DNA of 54,630 nt from a virus (taxonomy: Duplodnaviria > Caudoviricetes), in IMG/VR virus record IMGVR_UViG_3300028293_000001, positions 1-54,630 of that record; one strand, given 5' to 3'. Position numbers and translations under genes: made by a program. Below are positions 1 to 9,325 of the stretch, one piece after another. Position 1 is the stretch's first letter, and every line of letters starts with the position of its first letter. The notes beneath the pieces are model-generated. The model ran no database searches. It saw nothing but the letters and a program-made list of their open reading frames with translations, and was not told the DNA's origin.

Positions 1-127
1 GTCCGCTCCGCGCTCGATCTGGTAGGACCGTGGGAAATCGTGGGCGGAGAAGAGCTCGCGCGGCTGGAGCATCCGCATCCCGATATCGACGATCACGTGG
101 GGCTCGCCTTCGACAGTCACAGTCACC
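1..127. repeat. Terminal direct repeat, copy 1 (circular assembly overlap)
   Basis: Bases 1-127 are identical to 54504-54630, and a CDS runs in frame across the junction. Confidence 0.95.
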
Positions 128-1320
128 AGCGCCAGGCTATCGTTCGCGACCACGGTCGGCATCGGCGCCTTGAGGCTCGCGAGCTGCCCGCCGTCGCGGT
201 GGTACTTCGTCAGGAACGCCCGGACTTCGGCGAAGTGGTTGCCCTGGGCGCTTACCGTCCCGAGAGGTTTGGTGACCGGCTGGCCGTCGCGGCAAGTGCC
301 GCGCAGCTTGACGATGCTCAAGGCGACCAGCGCTTTCGTATCCCGGCCCGTGACCGTCGCCATCGGCGCTTCGAGCCGCTGCCCGGTGGCTTCGTGCCCG
401 GCGTTGTGCTTCGCGAGTAAGGTTGCCACCAGATCGCCACGGTTCGAGGTTGGCACCATCGTCGGCATGGGGCGCTCAAGCGAACGGCAGCGAGGATCCT
501 GTCCCAGGCCACCGTTGCGCTTCGGATCCGCCGCATGCATCACGGGCACGATGAACGGGTCGTGTTTCACATACTTCTCGATCCCGCGGGCTATCCGGCG
601 CTGGGTTTTCTCGGCCAGGGGTTTCTTTCGCTCGAAGATCGAAGGGCAGGAGTGCGACAAGTCGATGCACTCCGCGGCCGTGCGCCAGGCCTGCGATCGC
701 CCGGGACCATGGGTCGCCTGCGGCCACACGATCGGGTTGCCGTCGCAGCGCGCGATCAGGAACAAGCGCTTCCTCGAGGTTGGGGCGCCGAAGTCGGCCG
801 CCACGAGCTCGCGGTGCTCGACCACGTAGCCCAGGTTCTCTAGCTGGCGCTTGAACCGCTGAAACGTGGTGCCCATCCTGGCCGGGCACGGTGTGCCGTC
901 GGCGAGCAGTGGACCCCACTTCTGAAACTCCTCGACGTTCTCGAGCACGATCACCCTGGGCTTCCTCGCCTTGAGGGCCTTCACCCAGTAGACCGCGATC
1001 CAGGCAAGAGACCGGATCTTCTTCGACTTCGGCTTCCCGCCCTTCGCCTTGCTGAAGTGCTTGCAATCGGGCGACAGCCACATCAGGCCGACCCGCCGGG
1101 CGCCGCAGACCTTGCGCGGATCCGCGCGCCACACGTTTTCGATGTAGTGCTGGGTGCTCGGGTGGTTCACCCGGTGCATCGAGATCGCTTTCTTGTCGTG
1201 GTTGATCGCGACGTCGGGCGAGCGCCCCAGGGCCCACTCGATCCCCACCGAGGCTCCGCCACCGCCGGCGAACAGATCAACGATCATCTCGTCCTCGCCG
1301 AATAGGCGCAGCTCGCCCAT
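1..1320 (-). CDS. dcm: DNA cytosine-C5 methyltransferase, 5' part (continues across the origin to 54384; about 479 aa in total)
   Basis: Not in the ORF track because it wraps. Manual translation from ATG 1320 gives MGELRLFGEDEMIVDLFAGGGG (motif I), LSPDCKHFS (catalytic Cys motif IV), VLENV (motif VI) and RKRLF (motif VIII). It is in frame with the 54384..54629 ORF containing RMCGNSV (motif X). Confidence 0.93.
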   Translation of the reverse strand, partial: MGELRLFGEDEMIVDLFAGGGGASVGIEWALGRSPDVAINHDKKAISMHRVNHPSTQHYIENVWRADPRKVCGARRVGLMWLSPDCKHFSKAKGGKPKSKKIRSLAWIAVYWVKALKARKPRVIVLENVEEFQKWGPLLADGTPCPARMGTTFQRFKRQLENLGYVVEHRELVAADFGAPTSRKRLFLIARCDGNPIVWPQATHGPGRSQAWRTAAECIDLSHSCPSIFERKKPLAEKTQRRIARGIEKYVKHDPFIVPVMHAADPKRNGGLGQDPRCRSLERPMPTMVPTSNRGDLVATLLAKHNAGHEATGQRLEAPMATVTGRDTKALVALSIVKLRGTCRDGQPVTKPLGTVSAQGNHFAEVRAFLTKYHRDGGQLASLKAPMPTVVANDSLALVTVTVEGEPHVIVDIGMRMLQPRELFSAHDFPRSYQIERGAD

Positions 1321-1321
1321 G

Positions 1322-1627
1322 TTACCTCGCGAAGTTGCTGGTCGGGATTCGTTCGACGGCCACGGCCACGCTCGAGCGCGCCTGGATGGCGTTCGCCCAG
1401 GCGAAATAGGCATCACGGTCGACCTTGCCCTGACCTGATCGCCAGACCGAAAAGGCGCCATTGTCGAGGAGGAGCATCCCGTTCTGGTCCTGGAGTTCAA
1501 GGATCCGCTCGAGCTGTCGCGGCGCGGCGAAGCTCACGCAGAACGACTCGCCACGCAGTTGCTCAAGGAGCGCTGCCGGGGTGATCGGCGTCCCGTGGAT
1601 CACGCGGGGCTTGAGGTAGAACTTCAC
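1322..1627 (-). pseudogene. Short, probably truncated TGT/DpdA-like protein (101 aa)
   Basis: GTG 1627 overlaps the upstream TGA. HGTPITP...FCVSFA...LLLDNGAFS resembles the N-terminal part of TGT/DpdA-like barrels, but the ORF ends early. Confidence 0.5.
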
Positions 1628-2232
1628 GCCGCCCGCCGCTCGTCGCGCTTCAGGATCTCGCCGCCATATTCGCGAGCCTGCTCCTCGGTGAAGGGGCTCG
1701 GGAGATCGTAGAACCTGGCCGAGTCTGGAAAATAGATCGACAGGTGTATCTTGTTGTCGATTCTGCTCGCGCTCACGTTCCAGCCCTTGCCGCCGGTCGA
1801 CTGGCATCCGAGCCTGAACTTCATCCCGTTCTCGAGTTCGTAGCGGGCTGCGATCTCGCAAACCTTGGCGCCCTCGGCGGATCTCAACCAGGCCCGAACT
1901 TCCGGCATCGCCTCCTTGTCGGGTTCGCCGTCATAGCCGCGCCAGATCATGTTCCCGCCCTCGACCGCGGCGAAGACGTCCTTCGCGTCGAAGAGGTAGG
2001 GGAAGGCGAGCGCCACGATCGCCCAGTTGCAGTCCTCCTCGTACCACTTTCCGATCGCGTTTTCTCCGGCGTAGGTCTTGATCGCGGCGAGTCCGGAGGG
2101 CATGCGGGCCTCCATGTCTTTGGTGACCAGAAAGCCGCCGTGGGATGGGGTCGAGTAGAACATCACGTAGATCGAAGCGCTGCCGCTGCCGTACCGCTTG
2201 CTGTGATCCGCTTTTCCCCAGGGAGTGTTCAC
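1624..2232 (-). CDS. Hypothetical phage protein (DUF7007-like)
   Basis: TPWG...STPSHGGF...WYEEDC.WAIV pattern; 4-nt overlaps with both neighbours. Confidence 0.7.
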   Translation of the reverse strand: MNTPWGKADHSKRYGSGSASIYVMFYSTPSHGGFLVTKDMEARMPSGLAAIKTYAGENAIGKWYEEDCNWAIVALAFPYLFDAKDVFAAVEGGNMIWRGYDGEPDKEAMPEVRAWLRSAEGAKVCEIAARYELENGMKFRLGCQSTGGKGWNVSASRIDNKIHLSIYFPDSARFYDLPSPFTEEQAREYGGEILKRDERRAA

Positions 2233-2513
2233 GATGCCTCCTTTAGAAGTTCAACTCCGTTGCAGATTCCGCCCATGCTGCGCGGGGTCCCGTTGACCGG
2301 CGGAAAGAGAAGACTTCCGACCCGAGAACCCTGCGGGCTCAGATATTCCTTTCCATCCCAGACGTCCTTGTCGATCAGGACGACGTACCGTTCGCAACCC
2401 CCGACCCACTGAAGAGCTCGCACGGTACCCTCGGCGTAGCACTGCTCGCGCGATCCGCCATCCCGATCTGGGAAATCGTAACTACGCACTCTGTCTCCGA
2501 TCCCGATGGCCAT
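2229..2513 (-). CDS. Hypothetical protein (94 aa)
   Basis: Tightly packed ORF; start directly follows the upstream TAA. Confidence 0.7.
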   Translation of the reverse strand: MAIGIGDRVRSYDFPDRDGGSREQCYAEGTVRALQWVGGCERYVVLIDKDVWDGKEYLSPQGSRVGSLLFPPVNGTPRSMGGICNGVELLKEAS

Positions 2514-2687
2514 TTACATGCTCCAGGAGGATTTGGCGGCCGGGCCGCCGATGATCGCACCGGACATCTCGACCTGACTTGCCGGTGAGAACTTGACCGA
2601 CCGGGCGCCCATCTCGAACCCGGCAGCCAACAGGAACAGCGCCGCGAGGGCCGCTGCCATTCCGAACTTCATCGACTTCGCTTTCAT
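2514..2687 (-). CDS. Small hydrophobic protein (57 aa), first gene of the leftward early operon
   Basis: AAAGGAG RBS upstream of ATG 2687; MKAKSMKFGMAAALAALFLLAAG hydrophobic stretch. Not in the ORF track. Confidence 0.7.
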   Translation of the reverse strand: MKAKSMKFGMAAALAALFLLAAGFEMGARSVKFSPASQVEMSGAIIGGPAAKSSWSM

Positions 2688-2717
2688 CTCGATCTCCTTT
2701 CAAATCCCACAGGACCG

Positions 2718-2760
2718 ATGGTAAAGCAAACTTGACTTGGAGTCAAGAACACTTTACTAT
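2718..2760. promoter_or_regulatory. Overlapping divergent sigma70-type promoters with two operator-like boxes
   Basis: Plus strand: TTGACT(2732)-17-TACTAT(2755). Minus strand: TTGACT(2746)-17-TACCAT(2723). Boxes GTAAAG-N4-CTTGAC (2721-2736) and GTCAAG-N4-CTTTAC (2742-2757). Confidence 0.85.
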
Positions 2761-2783
2761 GGCGACATGAAAAGGAGATCCAG

Positions 2784-3419
2784 ATGAGACTGAACAACAA
2801 AGCAGATCGAGCGGCCTACCGGGCCGCGATGATCCCCAAGGGAGCCGAGCGCGACCCGCGCTCGAGCGACCTGGGTGAGGCCTACACCTACCAGGAAGCG
2901 AGCCGGTTCTCGGTTGGCGACCCGGAGAAGATCGTGTTCTACGGGATCGCATTCTGGGGATCCGCAGGTCGACCGCTCTTTCACTACAGATTCCGCTCGG
3001 AGGCTGACCGCGCGAAGAAGCTGGATAACTTCTTCGCGAGCCTGGCGATCAACGTGGCCTCGAAAGCAGCACGAGCGGAAGAGCGCAAAGCGAGCGGACG
3101 AGGCCTCGAGGTCGGGGACGTGCTGGTTAGCTCCTGGGGTTACGACCAGACCAACATCGACTATTACGAGGTCACCCGGCTGATCGGCGAGAAGCAGGTC
3201 GAGATCCGCAAGATCGGGGCCGAAATCGAAGAGACCGGATGGCTGCGTGGTCGGTCAGTCCCGGCGCCAGGCAAGTTCATCGGCGAGCCGATGGTGAAAC
3301 TCGCGCGGAACGGATCGGTGAGCATCGCGAGCTACGCCTCGGCGAGCAAGATGACACCGGTCGCCGAGATCGCCGGGAAGAAGATGTACGAGTCGAATTA
3401 CTGGAGTTCCTACGCCTGA
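2784..3419 (+). CDS. Hypothetical phage protein (211 aa)
   Basis: AAGGAG RBS; GDVLVSSWGYDQTNIDYYEV motif typical of phage accessory proteins. Confidence 0.8.
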   Translation: MRLNNKADRAAYRAAMIPKGAERDPRSSDLGEAYTYQEASRFSVGDPEKIVFYGIAFWGSAGRPLFHYRFRSEADRAKKLDNFFASLAINVASKAARAEERKASGRGLEVGDVLVSSWGYDQTNIDYYEVTRLIGEKQVEIRKIGAEIEETGWLRGRSVPAPGKFIGEPMVKLARNGSVSIASYASASKMTPVAEIAGKKMYESNYWSSYA

Positions 3420-3430
3420 AAGGAGGCGCC

Positions 3431-3694
3431 ATGTACGGCATCGAAGTGAAGACGAGCGGGGGGGCCTGGAAGGCGGTGAACCCGCCCGGTGGGCCACCGC
3501 CTTACTGTTTCAAGACCGAAGCGGAGGCCGAGACCCTGGCCCGGATCCTGTATCCGGAGCTCATACGGGTGAAGGCCGAGGGCGGCGAGGAGCTGATCCG
3601 GATCGCGACCGACGGGGTGCGCGAAGCCGGGAAGATCAAGCAGACCAAAGCCCCGGCAGGCTGGGACGAGGTCGAAGGAGGGCCGACACCATGA
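3431..3694 (+). CDS. Hypothetical protein (87 aa)
   Basis: AGGAGG RBS before ATG 3431; ATGA overlap with the next gene. Confidence 0.7.
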   Translation: MYGIEVKTSGGAWKAVNPPGGPPPYCFKTEAEAETLARILYPELIRVKAEGGEELIRIATDGVREAGKIKQTKAPAGWDEVEGGPTP

Positions 3695-4590
3695 GCGAAA
3701 CCTACGGAGGCGCCCTCGTCAAGTCGGTCTCGATCGAGAACCTCGTCAACCAGCGCGCCGCGGTGCTCGAGCGCATCGGCAAGGCGACCGAGCTCCTGCT
3801 CGAGGCACAGTCGATCGCCGGCCAGGCCGGGGTCGGCTTCCCGGACGTCTGCATGACCGCCGGCTACTCGCGCAACATCGAGCACCGGCTGACCGGGCGC
3901 TACCGCGATGACGACTCGAAAGGCTTCATGGACGCAGCACGCACCGCGGTCGACATCGGCGGCTGGTCCTACCTGATGAACGAGTCCGGGATCCGCTCCC
4001 TGATGGACGCCAAGGCCCGCGCGGAGTGGGACAAGCAGCTGGGCGAGAAGAAGGTCCCCGAGCTCACCGCGGAGAATATCCGCCAGACCTTCTCGAACCT
4101 CTACCAGGCGCGGGGCGACATGTTCGAGCGCGGCGTGCTGAATGTCTTCAAAGAGCTCTCCTGGAACTTCAAGACCAACCGCCCCTTCTCCTTCGGCAAG
4201 CGGATCGTACTCCGGGGGCTGCGCTCCTCGTGTAGTGGAGGCCGCCCTGACAGCTTCGGGTACCTGAATCATCGCACCACCGACAAGCTAGACGACCTGG
4301 TGCGGGTTTTCTCGATCCTCGACGGAAAGCCCGAACCCGATCACCGGGACACGTTGTGGTCGAAGATCTCGCAGCAGGAACGGGCCGAGTTCCGGGTGGG
4401 ACGCGCGAACGAGCTCGATATCGCCTACTTCCACCTGCGCTGGTTCAAGAACGGGAACGGGCACCTGACCTTCAAGCGGCCCGACCTGGTCGAAAAGATG
4501 AACCAGATCCTCGCCAAGCACTACCCGCGGGCGCTGCCGGAGGATGGGCACGAGACCGCGACCGAGTTCGATCCTGTAAAGGTAGCTTGA
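3691..4590 (+). CDS. DUF4942-family protein
   Basis: FERGVLNVFKELSWNFKTN..FGKRIV and WFKNGNGHLTFKRPDLV motifs. Confidence 0.75.
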   Translation: MSETYGGALVKSVSIENLVNQRAAVLERIGKATELLLEAQSIAGQAGVGFPDVCMTAGYSRNIEHRLTGRYRDDDSKGFMDAARTAVDIGGWSYLMNESGIRSLMDAKARAEWDKQLGEKKVPELTAENIRQTFSNLYQARGDMFERGVLNVFKELSWNFKTNRPFSFGKRIVLRGLRSSCSGGRPDSFGYLNHRTTDKLDDLVRVFSILDGKPEPDHRDTLWSKISQQERAEFRVGRANELDIAYFHLRWFKNGNGHLTFKRPDLVEKMNQILAKHYPRALPEDGHETATEFDPVKVA

Positions 4591-4616
4591 CTTCGCGGTC
4601 AAGTCGCCTTTACTAT
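4576..4616 (+). promoter_or_regulatory. Sigma70-type promoter with two operator-like boxes
   Basis: TTGACT(4587)-18-TACTAT(4611); GTAAAG-GTAG-CTTGAC (4576-4591) and GTCAAG-TCGC-CTTTAC (4598-4613). Confidence 0.8.
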
Positions 4617-4650
4617 TTGGAATTGAGCGGGAAATGAGAAGGAGGCAGAG

Positions 4651-4875
4651 ATGACCAAGCAAGAACAGTACGCGAAGGGCCTCCAAGCCATCGGCTACGT
4701 TGAGCAGGAAAGCGTGAGCGCGCGGTATCGGATGTTCTACAAGGAAGGCTCCAGCGTGGCCTATATCTTCCTCGGAAAGTCCGGCGCGGTTCGCCACAAC
4801 GCATTCAAGCGGATCACCGGAGCAGTCGCAGCTTCCGAGCGTACCAAGCTAGCGATTCTTGCCAGAGCCGTCTAG
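4651..4875 (+). CDS. Hypothetical protein (74 aa)
   Basis: AAGGAGG RBS downstream of the promoter. Confidence 0.75.
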   Translation: MTKQEQYAKGLQAIGYVEQESVSARYRMFYKEGSSVAYIFLGKSGAVRHNAFKRITGAVAASERTKLAILARAV

Positions 4876-4907
4876 CCCCCTCCACCACAGCACAAGGAGA
4901 AGAAGGG

Positions 4908-5222
4908 ATGAGCACACGTCGCGACTATTTCGCAGCTCACGCACCGGCGGAGATCCCGAGCTGGTTCGCACACGAGCAGCCCAAGCGGGATCTCCCGCCG
5001 ATGCCGGACTACCGGAAGTTGGATCCGGCCCATCAGGATATCGCCCTCGACTGGCAGCGCGACGGATGCTTTGATCTCCCCGAAGAGATCGCCTGGTTCG
5101 GCAAAGAGGTCGAGGCCCATCGCGAGGCGAAGGCCGACTGGGATGACGCGAACTATGCCGCGCGCTTCTTCCAGTGGCGCTGGTACTACGCGGACATGAT
5201 GATCGTGGTGGGTGCGGCATGA
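4908..5222 (+). CDS. Hypothetical phage protein (104 aa)
   Basis: AAGGAG RBS; RDYFAAHAP...YADMM pattern common in phage early genes. Confidence 0.75.
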   Translation: MSTRRDYFAAHAPAEIPSWFAHEQPKRDLPPMPDYRKLDPAHQDIALDWQRDGCFDLPEEIAWFGKEVEAHREAKADWDDANYAARFFQWRWYYADMMIVVGAA

Positions 5223-5479
5223 GTAGCTTCATCATCTGGCTCCTGCTCGTGATCGGGTTGGTGGTCGAGATCGCCTTCGCCGTGAAGCTGGACGCGACCC
5301 CCGCGCCCTACGCCGTGGTTCGGGAAGAACTCACCACCTGCCGGGACGACACCTGGTCGCGCGCCTACATGATCCGCCGGCCAGGCGATCCGCATGGCAT
5401 CGAGTGGTGCGAGCACATCGCGCGCGGCGGTGCTGCCCGTTTTTCCACCCCTATCCAGGCCAAGGAGGCCGCAAGATGA
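5219..5479 (+). CDS. Hypothetical membrane protein (86 aa)
   Basis: ATGA overlap; N-terminal hydrophobic helix FIIWLLLVIGLVV. Confidence 0.65.
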   Translation: MSSFIIWLLLVIGLVVEIAFAVKLDATPAPYAVVREELTTCRDDTWSRAYMIRRPGDPHGIEWCEHIARGGAARFSTPIQAKEAAR

Positions 5480-5754
5480 CCACATCGGACGTAGTTCAAA
5501 CCCTGACCCCGCGCGAGGGCTTCGGCAGTCAGGCCACGCCATTCGCCCAGCATGGCGACCCCAGCGCACCAGGGGCCTGCCTGTGGTGCGGCAAGAAGCT
5601 GCGCTTGGCGAAGATCGCGAACCACCCCACGATCGACACCCACCGCGACGCGCGCGGCGACTATGGCGATAACTCCTTCTGCGGGATCCGCTGCGGCTAC
5701 GCCTTCGGCTCGCGCATGGCCGTACTCGGGAAACGCCTGCAGGTGAAGACGTGA
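5476..5754 (+). CDS. Small Cys-rich, possible Zn-binding protein (92 aa)
   Basis: AAGGAGG RBS; CLWC...FCGIRC. Confidence 0.65.
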   Translation: MTTSDVVQTLTPREGFGSQATPFAQHGDPSAPGACLWCGKKLRLAKIANHPTIDTHRDARGDYGDNSFCGIRCGYAFGSRMAVLGKRLQVKT

Positions 5755-6008
5755 GCACGACCCTGTCGAAGAAGAACTGGCTCGAGCCCGTGCGCGAGTC
5801 GGGCGGGGTGATCGAGCGGCGCCGCGGTGGGGTGACCTCCTCCTACTGGAACAACTACTGGACCGCGCCCAGCCAGCCCGAGCCCCCGGTGTGGCACCTC
5901 CAGCAGTGCACAGTCGCCGTGCTTTTGAAGGAACGCCAGCTCATCGTCACCGCGCGGCGGCGCGGCATGCCCAGCCGGTGCGCCATGCCTTCGGTGGTGA
6001 AAGCCTGA
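5751..6008 (+). CDS. Hypothetical protein (85 aa)
   Basis: GTGA and TGATG overlaps with both neighbours. Confidence 0.55.
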   Translation: MSTTLSKKNWLEPVRESGGVIERRRGGVTSSYWNNYWTAPSQPEPPVWHLQQCTVAVLLKERQLIVTARRRGMPSRCAMPSVVKA

Positions 6009-7165
6009 TGGCCGAAGAACTGAAGATCCAGCGCGCCGAGCGCAAGCAGGCGCGCCTGCGCCTTGCCGTGTCCGCTGCCTCGGGCGGTGGGAAGACGGCC
6101 ACGTCCCTCGAGCTCGCCTTCGGGATAGTGGAGGAATATCTTTCCCGCGGCCTGCTGCAGGGCACCCTCGAGGGCAAGGTCGGCGTGATCGACACCGAGC
6201 GCAAGTCCTCGATGCTCTACGCCCACCGCGGGCCCTTCGACGTCGTCGACCTGGGACCGCCCTACACGGTCGACCGCTATATTGCGGCGCAGCAGATGCT
6301 CGAGCGCGCCGGCTGCTTCGTCATCATCGAGGATTCGATCTCCCACGCCTGGGCGGGTGAGGGCGGCGTGCTCGACCTGCTGAGCACTCTCGAGGATCGT
6401 CAGCGCTTCTCGGCATTCGGTACCGAGGTCAACCCGGCCCAGAACAGGTTCGTCGATGCGATCCTCGCCTCGCCTTGTCACATCATCGCGACCATGCGCT
6501 CGAAGACCGCCTGGGTGCTCGCCGACACCGAGAAGAAGAACCGCGATGGCAGCTACCGGACGGTGAAGGAACCCAAGCGGATCGGCATGGCCCCCATCCA
6601 GCGTCCCGGGATCGAGTACGAGTTCACCACCTTGCTGGATCTCGCGACCGACACCCACTTCGCGACCGTGCTCAAGAACCGCTGCCGGGTGTTCGAGGAA
6701 TGGACCCCGCGGATCCTCACCCGGGAGCACGGCCGGCAGCTCGCCTCCTGGCTCCTGGAGGGCGCGCCACCGCCATCTGCCCCGCTTTCGGGGTCGCCGC
6801 AGGAACGGGCCGATGCGCGGCTCGCCGCAGCCCTGCGTGCGTTCGAACGAGCTCAGACGGTGCCTGACCTCGCCGTCGCCTTCGAGGGCGCTCAGCGCGA
6901 TCTGAGGGCCTTCCCTCCCGCCGTGGCGATCGAGCGGATCCGTGAGATGATCGCGACCCTGGTGGAGGCGAAGGACCTACGCAAGGACGCCCTGCGGCCC
7001 GTGGGCAAAGCGCCGGCGGCGGGCGACATCCCACCTGGTGCGCTGGACAAGCCTGCCTCGCCACCACCGCCGGGCCCGAAGGAGGTCCTGAACAAGACCA
7101 TCGAAAAGATTGCTTCCAAGCGCGGCGGCTTCTTCGCCGATATGACCGACGACGTACCCTTCTGA
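6008..7165 (+). CDS. AAA/RecA-like ATPase (AAA_24, Sak4-like recombination protein) with SSB-like acidic tail
   Basis: Walker A ASGGGKT, IDTE, Walker B IIEDS.SHAW; ends FADMTDDVPF. Confidence 0.8.
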   Translation: MAEELKIQRAERKQARLRLAVSAASGGGKTATSLELAFGIVEEYLSRGLLQGTLEGKVGVIDTERKSSMLYAHRGPFDVVDLGPPYTVDRYIAAQQMLERAGCFVIIEDSISHAWAGEGGVLDLLSTLEDRQRFSAFGTEVNPAQNRFVDAILASPCHIIATMRSKTAWVLADTEKKNRDGSYRTVKEPKRIGMAPIQRPGIEYEFTTLLDLATDTHFATVLKNRCRVFEEWTPRILTREHGRQLASWLLEGAPPPSAPLSGSPQERADARLAAALRAFERAQTVPDLAVAFEGAQRDLRAFPPAVAIERIREMIATLVEAKDLRKDALRPVGKAPAAGDIPPGALDKPASPPPPGPKEVLNKTIEKIASKRGGFFADMTDDVPF

Positions 7166-7180
7166 AAGAGAGCACCCAAG

Positions 7181-8119
7181 ATGAACCTGAAAGAGCGTTA
7201 CCTGGATCAGCATGGCGACCCGCGGCTCCTTGCGCTCGTGCGCGACATCGCCGCCGTTGTCTTCGCGATAGTCCTATTTGCGATCTGTTGGCCCTTCTAC
7301 AGCGTCCCCACCGGCAGCCGCGGCGTGGTGACCCAGTTTGGCCGGATCGTCGGGGTCGAGGCCGAGGGGTTGGCCGTGCTCCCGCCTTGGCAGCGGCTCT
7401 ACAACTTCAGCATTCGAGCTGAGCAGGCCGACATCGACCACGCCGAAGGGGCGACGAGCGACACGCAGCCGGTGTCGGTAAGCATGACGGTGCGCTATTC
7501 GATCGCCACCGACAAGGTCGCGGAGGTCTTCGAGAAGTACTCGCACGACGGCAACCTGGCCTCCTACGTGCAGACGGCCACCCAGGAGATCTTCAAGGCG
7601 GTCACGGCTCGCTACACCGCGGTCGATCTGATCTCGCAGCGGGCGAAGGTCTCAGCGGACATCGGGGCGGCCCTCCGGGAGAAGCTTGCGATCTACGGCG
7701 CGCAGGTCATCAACATCGACATGCGCAACTTCGCCTTCTCTCCGTCCTACATGCAGGCGATCAACGACAAGGTCACCCAGGAGCAGCTGCGCCTAGGCGC
7801 CGAGAACAAACTGAAGACCGTCGAATCCGAGCAGAAGCAGAAGGTCGCGGTGGCCGAGGCCGAGGCGAAGGCCGTGAAAGCCAAGGCCGACGGCGACGCC
7901 TACGCCAACCTGACGATCGCCAAGGCCCAAGCCGAGGCCTTGCGCGTGCAAAACGCGGCGCTCCGGGAGGCGAAGGACGTGCTCGAGCTGCGGCGCATCG
8001 AGGTCGAGAAGATCAAGGCCGAGCGCTGGGACGGTGCGCTGCCGGTCAACATGTACGCTGGCACGCCCATCCCGTTCATACAGCCGGCCGAATACAGCCG
8101 GAAAAAGAAAGAGGAGTGA
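7181..8119 (+). CDS. SPFH/band-7 (prohibitin-like) membrane protein
   Basis: N-terminal TM, VPTGSRGVVTQFG, AE-rich coiled coil, terminal RWDGALP. Confidence 0.9.
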   Translation: MNLKERYLDQHGDPRLLALVRDIAAVVFAIVLFAICWPFYSVPTGSRGVVTQFGRIVGVEAEGLAVLPPWQRLYNFSIRAEQADIDHAEGATSDTQPVSVSMTVRYSIATDKVAEVFEKYSHDGNLASYVQTATQEIFKAVTARYTAVDLISQRAKVSADIGAALREKLAIYGAQVINIDMRNFAFSPSYMQAINDKVTQEQLRLGAENKLKTVESEQKQKVAVAEAEAKAVKAKADGDAYANLTIAKAQAEALRVQNAALREAKDVLELRRIEVEKIKAERWDGALPVNMYAGTPIPFIQPAEYSRKKKEE

Positions 8120-8121
8120 CC

Positions 8122-8634
8122 ATGGAATTCGTACTCGCTGGCGCCAAGGTGCGCCTCACCCACAAGAACGACCGGATCGAGGCCCACGGCGAGGAGAAGA
8201 TCCTCGCCTGCGATCTCGACTTCCTCTTCGAGACCACGAACGACGTGCTCAGCCAGTTCAACCCGGCCATGCACGCCGCGTTCTACATGCGCCCGGATTC
8301 GCCCCAGGGTGAGCTCGCCGAGGATCCCAAGCACATGACCGCGCTCCGGCTGCCGGAGATCTCCGGGGCCCTGGCGCTCGACGGTCGGATGAAGGGCGAG
8401 TTCAAGCTCGGGACCGGCGGCAAGAAGGACATGGTGCTCCCGGACTGCACCCTCACGAAATTCAAGGTGGAGTGCAAAGAGGGCGGCACGGTGGTCGTGC
8501 ACTTCCAGGCGAAGACCCGCCCCGACGAGGGGCAAGCCGGCCGGATCTCCGGGTTCCTGCGCGACAAGCACGTGATCGTGACCTTCACGCCCGCGGAGGA
8601 TCCACAACGCCCTTTGGCCGGCCAAGCCGCGTAG
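8122..8634 (+). CDS. Hypothetical phage protein (about 170 aa)
   Basis: GAGGAG RBS 5 nt before ATG 8122. Confidence 0.75.
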   Translation: MEFVLAGAKVRLTHKNDRIEAHGEEKILACDLDFLFETTNDVLSQFNPAMHAAFYMRPDSPQGELAEDPKHMTALRLPEISGALALDGRMKGEFKLGTGGKKDMVLPDCTLTKFKVECKEGGTVVVHFQAKTRPDEGQAGRISGFLRDKHVIVTFTPAEDPQRPLAGQAA

Positions 8635-8677
8635 TCCTGAACCCGGCCGCTGGCTGGCCCTTTCCGAAAGATCCACG

Positions 8678-9325
8678 ATGATCGACGCCTATCCCCTGCA
8701 GTGGCCGGTTGGCTGGCCACGTACGTTGAACCGCAAGCGCGCCCAGTTCAGCAAGATGGGCTGGAGCGGCACGCCTGGTGCCGAGGACAACTACAAGGTG
8801 AGGCGCGAGCTCACCATCGACAGCGGCACCGCGCGGATCCTCGGTGAGCTCGCTCGCCTTGGCGTTGAGCGGAAGACGGTCGTGATCTCGACCAACCTAC
8901 GCCTACGCCAGGACGGCCTGCCGATGTCCAAGCAGCGCGCGCCGGATGATGTCGGGGCCGCTATCTATTGGTCGGACCGAAGCGGGGCATCGCGCTGCAT
9001 GGCGATCGATCTCTACGACCGGATCGCTGACAACCTGGCGGCGATCGCGGCCACGATCGAGGCGATGCGCGCGATCGAGCGCCACGGCGGCGCGCGGATC
9101 CTCGAGCGTGCCTTCACCGGCTTCACGGCGCTACCGCCTCCGATCGCCACCCGCGCCTGGTGGCAGATCCTCGGCATAGCTCCCGATGCTACCGAGAACG
9201 CCCTCGAGGCCGCCTACAAGACGATGCGGTCCAAGCACCATCCCGATCACGGCGGGGACAACCAGATGTTCATTGAGGTGCGTCGGGCCTACGACCAGGG
9301 GCGCACGGCGCTGGGGCTCAGCTGA
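8678..9325 (+). CDS. J-domain (DnaJ-like) phage protein
   Basis: YPLQWP.GWPRT N-terminus; C-terminal WWQILG...HHPDHGG (HPD motif). Confidence 0.88.
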   Translation: MIDAYPLQWPVGWPRTLNRKRAQFSKMGWSGTPGAEDNYKVRRELTIDSGTARILGELARLGVERKTVVISTNLRLRQDGLPMSKQRAPDDVGAAIYWSDRSGASRCMAIDLYDRIADNLAAIAATIEAMRAIERHGGARILERAFTGFTALPPPIATRAWWQILGIAPDATENALEAAYKTMRSKHHPDHGGDNQMFIEVRRAYDQGRTALGLS

